A DNA stretch of 64,000 bases, taken from positions 421,538,001-421,602,000 of the forward strand of contig OZ024740.1 of assembly GCA_964016885.1 (NCBI GenBank), read 5' to 3'. The DNA comes from Eledone cirrhosa. Taxonomy: Eukaryota. A program made the position numbers and the translations under genes. Position 1 is the first letter of the stretch; each line of letters opens with the position of its first letter. The notes beneath the pieces were generated by a model. The model made no database searches. It was not told where the DNA came from and saw nothing but the letters and a program-made list of their open reading frames with translations. Below are positions 23,768 to 34,900 of the stretch, in pieces.

Positions 23768-24212
23768 AATTGTTTCTAATTTAGGCACAAGGCCGACAAT
23801 TTGTAGGAAGGAGAAAGTTGATTACATCAACCCCAGTACGTGACTGGTACTTTATTTTATTGACCCCGGAAGGATGAAAGTCAAAGTTGACTTCAGTGGG
23901 ATTTGAATTCAGAAAGTAAAGGATAAAGGACCATAAGTAAATGATACAAAACATTTCCTCGATGCTCTACTGATTCTGCCAATCCGCTGCCTAATAATAA
24001 TAACAATAATAATTGTTTCTACTTTAGGCACAAGGCCAGCAATTTGGGGGGAGGGTCGATTAAATCAACCCGATTACTTTATTTTATCGATCCCGTAAGG
24101 ATGAGAGGCAAAGCTAACCTCGGCATAATTCAAACTCAGAATGTAAAGGGTTGTAACTCTACGCTGCAAAACATGGTGTCTGACACTCTACTGATTCTGC
24201 CAATCCACCACC
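23768..24212 (-). mobile_element. Two tandem tRNA-derived SINE copies
   Basis: Same family as 12870-13275. Confidence 0.85.
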
Positions 24213-24804
24213 CCTTTATTATTATCAATAATAATAATAATCACCATCAGCAGAAATGTGAAAGTCTGGAGTAAAAAGAGATCATTTGATCAATAGAAAG
24301 TATTGAACATCTGATCTGTGGAATGATAGATTTTAACTCTTGTCAATACTGATTACTTGACAATGAGGACCCCAACAATGATGTTGATGATATCGAAAAG
24401 GATAACAAGTTTTTAATTACTCTCAGGTCTCGAATAATCACCTCACACCCTACGTATGTGTGTATGACTCATACACTGTTCCCTTCCCTGACTTTTGTAC
24501 ATTATTCTATGTACTGTACATGCACCTTTGACGAGTTGTAGTGCACCTGAGCACTGTACACAATAATTTTCTTTATTATATTATGAGAAAAAAAAGTAGA
24601 TTACTAGAAATCCCATACATTATAAAATAGGATGGGCTAGGGTCTCAACTTGTAAACTAAATGATTAATTCTGTTTTTTTTTTTAAATCAATGAATACAA
24701 TCTAGAAAAATTAACAATTTTCCACCAACTCCCCTTATTATTTGGGACCCGGAGTAGGTTGAGAGAATTGTTTTAACCAAGGACACAATGTACTGCCTGA
24801 CTTC

Positions 24805-24808
24805 TACT

Positions 24809-24844
<36 letters not shown>

Positions 24845-24965
24845 ATAGTATTAGTGTTGATTGTAGTAATTGTAGTAGGTGGTGGTAGTAGTAGTAGTGT
24901 TGGTGGTGTAGTAGTAGTGGTGGTGGTAATAGTATTAGTGTTGGTGGTGGTAGTAGTAGTAGTAA
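24805..24965. repeat. (GTA/GTG)n trinucleotide microsatellite
   Basis: Directly visible. Confidence 0.95.
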
Positions 24966-25184
24966 CAACATACATGAAATAGGTGTATGTAGCTGTATAA
25001 TACTCTCACACAGTTCTGTGTGTCTGTGTAAATATATTAGAAATTTATTGAATGTTTCTGATATTATTTTCATTGGAAAAGTGAAATAGGTGCAAGGGTG
25101 ATACGTATGACCAATGTATTCTGAGGTGGACTTAAACAACTGATATACAGAGATATTCAGATGAGTATGAGGGAAAATAATATA

Positions 25185-25392
25185 ATGATTTCTGATTTAA
25201 TACACAAGGCCAACAATTTGATGGAAGGGGAAGAAAGTCAATTAGATCCACCCCAGTATGTATTTTATCAACCGTAGAAGGATGAAACATGGACCGTGAC
25301 AGGATTTTAACTCAGAAATAAAGAGCAGGAACCCAAATACTGTAAAGCATTTGTCTGCCCAATGCCCTACCAAATCTACCCATCCACTGCCC
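25185..25392 (-). mobile_element. tRNA-derived SINE copy (diverged)
   Basis: CACAAGGCCAACAATTT...AGGATGAAA...TTTAACTCAG, same family as 12870. Confidence 0.7.
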
Positions 25393-26012
25393 TGAAAAAT
25401 AAAATCATGTTAAAACTTTGTTCTCGTCATTTTAAATTAACTAGCTGTGATGATGGTTTGGTAACAGTATTATAACTGTAGTGAGACCTTATGTCATTGT
25501 GGTGGTTATGGATGCTACAAATGATAGAAGTTGTATATATGGACAAAGAAGAATACAACCTTTATAGAACAACAGCGTGGTGTGAGAGTTTCCTTTATTT
25601 ACGAGATCATTGCTTGGTTGATATTGAAGAGGGCAACAGCCTTGCTAGGTGGCAAGCTGTGTTGGCAGTAGGATGGAATGGCAGTTAAGTTGGTCAGCCA
25701 AAGCAATGGGCACTTCTCTCTCTCATACACCACCTCATTGATCTAACTGAATGACTAGGAATGAACAGAAGGAAAGAAGGAACAAAGAAATGAAGGAGTT
25801 CCCCTATACTTAGGAACTTCCCAAAATATTGTTTGGAGTTTTTTGATATATTTATTAATGTATGTCATGCCAACATACATACACACTGTCTTATACAAAC
25901 ACACAACATACAACACACATACATACACACACATGTGCAGGTATGTGCTTTGGATGCTATGATGAAGGCCAGTGATATCGCACACCTGTCAAATTTAGTT
26001 AAGAACGCTCAG

Positions 26013-26073
26013 TCAGGAAACTTCGTTATCCCTCTCGATTCCAACAAACTTCAATTGTTCAGTGGGGCCATAC
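26013..26073 (-). CDS. EZH2: EZH2/E(z) terminal coding exon
   Basis: ttccag|G TAT GGC...TCC TGA; encodes YGPTEQLKFVGIERDNEVS*. Confidence 0.96.
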
Positions 26074-26130
26074 CTGGAACAAGAATAACAGGAATAGAAG
26101 ATCAATAAAACTTATAACATTTTACTTTCA

Positions 26131-26442
<312 letters not shown>

Positions 26443-27094
26443 TTAATGTGAAAATAACACGAAACCTGATGAATGTTGCAGACTTGTTGGCTTTAAAATG
26501 AGAAGCATGAGTTTTATGTTCTTTAGAACTGCAAGTCCCCACTATAATAAGTATCTTAAGCCCAAGGCCAGTAATTTTGGGGGCTTAAGGAAAGCTGATT
26601 ATATTGACTCCAGATCTGGTACTTTATTGAACTCAGAATGTAAAGAACCAGAACAAATACTGTGACACATTTGTCTGATGCTCTAACAAATCTTCCCATC
26701 TACCACATTGTCATCACTATAATAACACTAATAGTGAATTATTTTATTTGTTTGCAGAAAAATTAACTAATTGGTACTCCTCTCCCCCTCCACCTGAAGT
26801 ATTGTAGCCTGTAATATGGAATTACTTTCTGACAGATGGTTTTACTGCAATTATTCAAGAGGGTTTGTGATCCCTGTTAATCTAACTAGTATCAGAGGAC
26901 CTGCAAAGGTTCACAGCCCCTTCCTTCAAACCAATAATTTTTTTAAAATCACAGCATTAGATTATATTGCTCCACAATATTCATTCAACCCCAGTCCTCC
27001 CCATTGAAGAGGTCTCGTGGCAGGCCTCGCATCAGATGGCTGGACTTGATTAACATTTAAACCGGCCAGAATTCGCTCACCTCTTTCTATTCAA

Positions 27095-27378
27095 ACCCAC
27101 TGTAAAGTGGTCATGTTGGGGACATGACAAAAAGTACCTAGTCCACACTATAAAGTGGTCGTGTAGGTGTCATGATAAAAGCTCATATTGTAAAGTGGTC
27201 ATGTAGGTGCTACGTCCAAAAGCACCCAGGCCACACTGTAAATGTGGTTGGCATTAGGAAGGGCATCCAGCCGTAGAAACCAAGCCAGAAACAGTTCTGT
27301 ATGAACAAAACATGGTCCCCCGATCTGGCTGTCTCACAATGGGACAACTCGTTAATCCATGCTAATGATGATGATGAT
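27095..27378 (+). mobile_element. RTE-tailed SINE-like element with internal subrepeats
   Basis: Repeated AAAGTGGTCATGT units, then GTGGTTGGCATTAGGAAGGGCATCCAGCCGTAGAAAC and a (GAT)n tail. Confidence 0.8.
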
Positions 27379-27399
27379 TGATTTAAAGTGAATATTTTA

Positions 27400-27501
<102 letters not shown>

Positions 27502-27877
27502 CTACACACAGAAAAAAAAAAAATTTTTTAAATGAAAAAAAAAGCATTCATCGAATTTTTTAAACATACTTTCATTAATTCATAGTTTTGTTAATGGTCT
27601 CAGTTACTTAATATTTTCCATCTGCGCTCATAAGTAGGTTTTATAATTTCAGAGAGTTTATCATCAGGCGTTCCAAATGTTGATAATGAATAATATTAAT
27701 AAGTGAGTATTACTAACTAAGCCAAGCTACAAACATATTCCTTAAAACACTACCTAGTTTAGACATTAAAATATGTGAGTATATTTTTAGAAATATCATT
27801 ACCCTGTACTTTATATATGTCTTAAAATATGTATATTTTTAGAAATATTCCTGTATATTATCTATATATTTACTAGT

Positions 27878-28062
27878 GGATTGGCGGTGAATTGGCAGTA
27901 TCGGTAGAGGGTCTGACACCATGCTTTGCAGCATAGAGTTACGGCCTTTATGGTCTGAGTTTAAATCCTGCTGAGGTTAACTTTGCCTTTCATCCTTACG
28001 GGGGTCGATAAAATAAATACACTGGGATAATTGCTGTCCTTGTGCCAAATGTAGAAACAATT
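27878..28062 (+). mobile_element. tRNA-derived SINE copy (plus orientation)
   Basis: GGCAGTATCGGTAGAG...CTTTGCCTTTCATCCTTACGGGGGTCGATAAAATAAA...CCTTGTGCCAAATGTAGAAAC. Confidence 0.85.
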
Positions 28063-28954
28063 ATCTATATATTTACTGTTCCCATCTATGTGACTTAAAA
28101 TATATCATATATATTTACTGCCCTTGTCTATATCGATATCATCACAACTGTATTTATGGTTCTGTGTCTGAGTATACTATATTTTTTATGAACCTCCTAA
28201 TCTCTCAACACTTCGAAACTTGAAACTTTGCATACACTGCTGAACAGGGTGGAGAGGACTCTTAAGTCTGGTAAGACAACCTCTCCAGTGCTGCTGGCAC
28301 AAATAATGCACCCAGACCATGCTGTAAAGTGGTTGTTGATAGACAGGGTATCCAGCCAGTAAAACCCAGCCAAAATTATGATGATCATTATTATCATGAT
28401 ATATGAACTGATTTTTGTCTGCTTTTCCTTTGTCTTCGCTCACCGTTCTTCTATTCATTGTATGTATGTGTGTGCGTGTGTATGTATATATATATATATA
28501 TCTTTCTTTCTATATATATATGGTCCAACCATAAGTGCATAAAATGATATGCACAGAACACTCTATCCACTGCACAATTCTCTCTCTTGTACAAAATTCC
28601 AGTATTCACCACATCATATTTACACACAAACTATACGATGTCAGTCAGTGAAGTTATATAATTGTTAACATTTCTCACCAAATATTGTTTTATTCTGCAG
28701 AAAAAGGACATTTAAAAAAAATATTTTATTTTATATTATCAATCAATCAACATGATCCCAGACCTCATTTACTTACTGAGTGACGTGGAACTCATCAAAT
28801 CGGACCAAGGGAACAATATTTCTATTGGTCTTTCCATTGCTGATACTATCTACCTGTCACAACTCCTGGCAGAAGGAGAGTAACAACACCACAATATTTA
28901 GGAGAGTAACAACACTTACCTCACCACAATATTTAGGAGAGCAACAACACTTAC

Positions 28955-29050
28955 CTCACCACAATATTCAGATATAAATTCGTTTTTCTCAGCTGATACT
29001 TTCAAGAATATTCCCCAGCCAGCAACTTCACTTGGAGCCAATAGCAAGTG
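28955..29050 (-). CDS. EZH2: EZH2 SET exon (96 bp, includes the Y641/Y646-equivalent tyrosine)
   Basis: cacag|CAC TTG...GGT GAG|gtaagt; encodes [32 protein letters not shown]. Confidence 0.97.
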
Positions 29051-29619
29051 CTGTGAAAAGTATTGGGAATATTTGTAAATCAGTAAAAGGACGTACACAC
29101 ACACACTATATTATATATATATATAGTTTTGTTGACAAGTATATCAATGTGCCCAGACACGCAGATATATTGCCCTATATAAAATATGAAAGCGCACCAT
29201 AATTTGCCTTGGTGGCCCTTGAAATATGTATAATAAAATAAATATGGTTTTATAAATATAGTTTCCATTTGTTAATATATTGTATATTTACTCCACTAAT
29301 CTGTTGAGTGCTTTATATCAATTATAAAAATGTTTAAGCTTGTTGAATCCCAACAAATTAAATATAACCTCTGCATATATATATATATATATATATAAGA
29401 GATGTCAACATGAATGGACCTGTTATTTTTATCTAAAGACATTTTTTACAATTCCAACCCGTCTGTACCTTCAATCTATCTTATTTCTCATTCTTTCTTC
29501 TAATGAAGGACTAGTGTCCGAAACATTAAAACCCTCTTCCGGCTATTTCAAGCGTTAACCTAATATATTCCTTCCATATAGTGTACTGATTGTGTTGTTA
29601 TTTCTGTTTACCTTTTACT

Positions 29620-29650
<31 letters not shown>

Positions 29651-29744
29651 GTAAAACCTACTCCAGCCAGTAGGCATCTCTAACAAAATACACCCCGTCC
29701 CACCACCCCCACCCCCACCCGATCCACACCACCCCGTTCTATGT

Positions 29745-30042
29745 AAAGTTATGTTGGTGCCGCGCCATCGAGGCCGAAACAAATGAGATCGTGTAGGTGT
29801 CACGACAAAAAAACACACAGTCCACGCTGTAATGTGGCCGTGTAGGCAACACGGTAAAAACCTCCCAGACCCACACTGTAAATGTGGTTGGTGTTAGGAA
29901 GGGCATCCAACTGTAGAAAACCTGCCAGACAGTCCTATGCGAGCAAGACAATCACTCTTGCCTCAAGTGGGACTACCCCCGTCCAAACCCATGCAAGCGT
30001 GGAACACGGACGTTAAACGTTGATGATGATGATGATGATGAT
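29745..30042 (+). mobile_element. RTE-tailed SINE-like element
   Basis: Family motifs and ACCCATGCAAGCGTGGAACACGGACGTTAAACGTTGATGATGATG tail. Confidence 0.85.
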
Positions 30043-30190
30043 ATATTTATTCAGGTTTGAGGTTCACCACTGGATAGAGCTGGTCAATTCTGTATGGTCA
30101 ATCTTAATGTAATAATATGGAGAGTACTCAATGTAAAGCAGTTCAACCGTCTTCGTTTTTGTAGTTGGTGGTGCTAGTACGGAGTTAAAT

Positions 30191-30401
30191 AATATAATGA
30201 AATGACAGGAGGCTGGACTTGTGTAAATCCTTGAAAGGGTTATTATACTATGATCATTTCAATGACCGGGTTCCGTATGAATTCGGTGATATCATCATGA
30301 TATCACCGGATTCATACGGAACCCGGTCATTGAAATGATCATAGTATAATAAACCTTTCAAGGATTTACACAAGTCCAGCCTCATGTCATTTCATTATAT
30401 T
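30191..30401. repeat. 211-bp near-perfect palindrome
   Basis: 105-bp arms centred on TGATATCAT-C-ATGATATCA (30296), about 3 mismatches. Confidence 0.96.
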
Positions 30402-31217
30402 CATCATCATCATCATCATCATCATTTTACGTCCGCTTTTCCCTGCTTGCAAGGGTGGGACGGGTCTTATTCAGCACAGCATCTCTCCACTCGTCACGGT
30501 CCCTCGTCATCTCCGCCCATGTTTTTCGTGGTCTACCTCTACCACGTCTTCCTTTAACTGGCATTTCCTGGCACTTCTTCACCCATCGGTCATCCTCCAT
30601 GCGCATCACATGTCCATACCACCTCAGTCTCCTCTCCCGTACACTACATTCTATCCCTCTCAGACACAGTTTCTCTCTCAACACATTTATGCTGGGTCGT
30701 TCACGCACATTTACACTGCACATCCAACGGAGCATGCTTGCCTCATTTCTCTCCAGCCGTCGCATATCCTCTGCGGTTGCTGCCCATGTCTCACTACCAT
30801 GCAGCATCGCGCTCCTCACACAGGCATCATACAACCGGCCTTTCGTACGCAGGGAGAAACCCTTGTTCGTCAACAGAGGAAGCAGCTCCCTAAACTTCTT
30901 CCAACCCGTCCTTATTCTAGATACTATGGCCTCGGAACACCCTCCTCCCATGCTAATCTGATCTGATCTAGGTACCGGAAGCTATCCACCACTTCTATAG
31001 CGCCCTCTCGCATTTGAAAAATGTGTCTATCAGTGCGACTTCTACTGTCTAATTTCCCTGTACATCTACTGCATACATATTTCTCCCTACCTGTTAGTTT
31101 GCCTGCTATCCCGCTACAACTCTTGTGTACCCAGGACCTGCATTGTGTGCATTTTATAGAATTTATGCCAGTTCCTTTTCTGCATATCGAACATGGCCAT
31201 TTCCCTGATGGAATCAT
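30402..31217 (-). mobile_element. 5'-truncated RTE-clade LINE (PHD-like finger, RT thumb/C-terminus, (GAT)n tail)
   Basis: ORFs 30924-31217 and 30427-30951 give VVDSFRYL, LYDACVRSAMLHGSETW, RRLRWYGHVMR and GRPRKTW; tail GGACGTAAAATGATGATG. Confidence 0.92.
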
Positions 31218-31626
31218 ATTATATATATATATATATGTGTGTGTGTGTCATTGCACCTATATAATTGTACAAACACACATATTATGTAGATACATTTGTC
31301 AAGACAATATCTTACCCTTGAATTATATATTAATTTGATTAAAACATCATCAGGCCAGACTGGTATATCCCTGGTATATCTGACTAACACCTGGCCTTCA
31401 GTCCTTCCTCATCTTTAGTGATATCTTGCTTGGTTATCGCCTGCTTCTACCTTCCACTACATTCCTAAACCCCTTAAAATACACCAAACTTGGGACTCTC
31501 TAACTCTACCACTATCTGTAAATATATATATATATATATAATTGTGTACAGTGCTCAGGTGCACTACAACTCATCAAAGGTGCATGTATATAGGAACTCT
31601 TAAAATACATCAAAATTGGGACTCAC

Positions 31627-31688
31627 TTTTCTTAAGCCACGTTGTACACTGACATTTTTACAAGAGATTTTCTGAGTGTCAAATTGAT
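31627..31688 (-). CDS. EZH2: EZH2 CXC/SET-junction exon (62 bp)
   Basis: tttttgcag|AT CAA...AGA AAA|gtgagt; encodes (D)QFDTQKISCKNVSVQRGLRK; phase matches both neighbours. Confidence 0.95.
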
Positions 31689-31953
31689 CTGCAAAAAAAG
31701 AAAAAGAAAAACAGACAAAACATAAAACTGCTGCAAATGTTGGGTGTCATGTTCAGATTTAAACAGCTAAACACTACCTGTTAATGAGTAATTAATCTAA
31801 ACAGTATTGTTAAAGTGGTATTAGAAATGGTAAATACCAATCTAAGAGAGAACATAGAAACAATCCTATTGATACAACTTCAACTATTTATTATTTGCTG
31901 GGTGATTGATTGGTTTCACTACAGAACATCCACATAACTGTTTATGACCTTAC

Positions 31954-34900
31954 TGTAATACTGGACAGCACTAGTGGGCAGTGTAATATTGGTCAGGGTA
32001 TTACTGGGCAATGTACTACTGCACAGTGTACTACTGGACAGTGTAATATTAACAGCACTAGTGGACAGTGTAATATTGGTCAGAGTATTACTGACCAGTG
32101 TACTACTGGGCAGGGTACTACTGGACAGTGTAATACTGGGCAGGGTACTATTGACAGCACAAGTGGACAGTGTAATATTGGTCAGGGTATTACTGGACAG
32201 TGTAATATTGGTCAGAGTATTACTGACCACAGTGTACAACTGGACAGTGTAATATTGACAGCACAAGTGGACAGTGTAATATTGGTCCCAGTATTACTGG
32301 ACAGTCTAATATTGGACAGCACTAGTGGGCAGTGTAATATTGGTCAGGGTACTACTGGACAGGGTAATATTGGACAGTGTACTACTGGACAGTGTAAAAT
32401 TGGACAGTGTAATACTGGACAGGGTACTACTGGACAGTGTAATACTGGAGAGGCGACTAGTGGACAGTGTACTACTGGACAGTGTAATACTGGACAGTGT
32501 AATACTGGAGAGGCGACTACTGGACAGAGTACTACTGGACAGTGTAATATTGGACTAGGTACTACTGGACAGTGTAATACTGGTCAGGGTACTATTGGAC
32601 AGTGTAATACTAGACAGCACTAGTGGACAGTGTAATACTGGACGGCACTAGTGGACAGTGTAATACTGGACAGCACTAGTGAACAGTGTAATACTAGACA
32701 GCACTAGTGAACAGTGTAATACTAGACAGCACTAGTGAACAGTGTAATACTGGACGGCACTAGTGAACAGTGTAATACTAGACAGCACTAGTGAACAGTG
32801 TAATACTAGACAGCACTAGTGAACAGTGTAATACTAGACAGCACTAGTGAACAATGTAATACTGGACAGCACTAGTGGACAGTGTAATACTGGACAGCAC
32901 TAGTGGACAATGTAATACTGGACAGCACTAGTGAACAGTGTAATACTGGACGGTACTAGTGAACAGTGTAATACTAGACAGCACTAGTGAACAGTGTAAT
33001 ACTAGACAGCACTAGTGAACAGTGTAATACTAGACAGCACTAGTGAACAATGTAATACTGGACAGCACTAGTGAACAGTGTAATACTGGACAGCACTAGT
33101 GAACAGTGTAATACTAGACAGCACTAGTGAACAGTGTAATACTAGACAGCACTAGTGAACAGTGTAATACTGGACAGCACTAGTGAACAGTGTAATACTG
33201 GACGGCACTAGTGAACAGTGTAATACTAGACAGCACTAGTGAACAGTGTAATACTAGACAGCACTAGTGAACAATGTAATACTGGACAGCACTAGTGGAC
33301 AGTGTAATACTGGACAGCACTAGTGGACAATGTAATACTGGACAGCACTAGTGGACACTGTAATACTAGACAGCACTAGTGAACAGTGTAATACTAGACA
33401 GCACTACTGAACAGTGTAATACTGGACAGCACTAGTGAACAATGTAATACTGGACAGCACTAGTGGACAGTGTAATACTGGACAGCACTAGTGGACACTG
33501 TAATACTAGACAGCACTAGTGAACAGTGTAATACTAGACAGCACTACTGAACAGTGTAATACTGGACAGCACTAGTGAACAGTGTAATATTGGACAGCAC
33601 TAGTGGACAATGTAATACTGGACAGCACTAGTGGACACTGTAATACTAGACAGCACTAGTGAACAGTGTAATACTAGACAGCACTACTGAACAGTGTAAT
33701 ACTGGACAGCACTAGTGAACAGTGTAATATTGGACAGCACTAGTGGACAATGTAATACTGGACAGCACTAGTGGACACTGTAATACTAGACAGCACTAGT
33801 GAACAGTGTAATACTAGACAGCACTACTGAACAGTGTAATACTGGACAGCACTAGTGAACAGTGTAATATTGGACAGCACTAGTGGACAATGTAATACTG
33901 GACAGCACTAGTGGACACTGTAATACTAGACAGCACTAGTGAACAGTGTAATACTAGACAGCACTACTGAACAGTGTAATACTGGACAGCACTAGTGAAC
34001 AATGTAATACTGGACAGCACTAGTGGACAGTGTAATACTGGACAGCACTAGTGAACAGTGTAATATTGGACAGCACTAGTGGACAATGTAATACTGGACA
34101 GCACTAGTGGACAGTGTAATACTAGACAGCACTAGTGGACAGTGTAATACTAGACAGCACTAGTGGACAGTGTAATACTGGATAGCACTAGTGGACAGTG
34201 TAATACTAGACAGCACTAGTGAACAGTGTAATACTGGACAGCACTAGTGGACAGTGTAATACTGGACAGCACTAGTGGACAGTGTAATACTAGACAGCAC
34301 TAGTGGACAGTGTAATACTAGACAGCACTAGTGGACAGTGTAATACTGGACAGCACTAGTGAACAGTGTAATACTGGACAGCACTAGTGGACAGTGTAAT
34401 ACTGGATAGCACTAGTGAACAGTGTAATACTGGACAGCACTAGTGAACAGTGTAATACTAGACAGCACTAGTGGACAGTGTAATACTGGACAGCACTAGT
34501 GAACAGTGTAATACTGGACAGCACTAGTGAACAATGTAATACTGGACAGCACTAGTGAACAGTGTAATACTGGACAGCACTAGTGGACAGTGTAATACTG
34601 GATGGTACTAGTGAACAGTAATACTGGACAGCACTAGTGGACGGTACTAGTGAACAGTGTAATACTAGACAGCACTAGTGAACAGTGTAATACTGGACGG
34701 CACTAGTGAACAGTGTAATACTGGATGGTACTAGTGATGGACGGTACTAGTGAACAGTAATACTGGACAGCACTAGTGGACGGTACTAGTGGGCAGTGTA
34801 ATACTGGACAGCACTAGTGAACAGTGTAATACTGGACGGCACTAGTGAACAGTGTAATACTAGACAGCACTACTGAACAGTGTAATACTGGACAGCACTA

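Noticed and set aside
27635-27675. Minus-strand CTGATGA...GAAA hammerhead-like spacing
   Set aside because: Stem II (TAAACTCTCT) and stem I cannot pair.
29690-29736. G-quadruplex-capable C-rich tract
   Set aside because: Simple low-complexity run with no supporting context.
31910-32623. 237-aa GQCNT/GQGTT repeat ORF resembling an antifreeze or structural protein
   Set aside because: It is the in-frame reading of a 15-bp repeat, starts at TTG, lies antisense in an EZH2 intron and shows no splice or promoter support.
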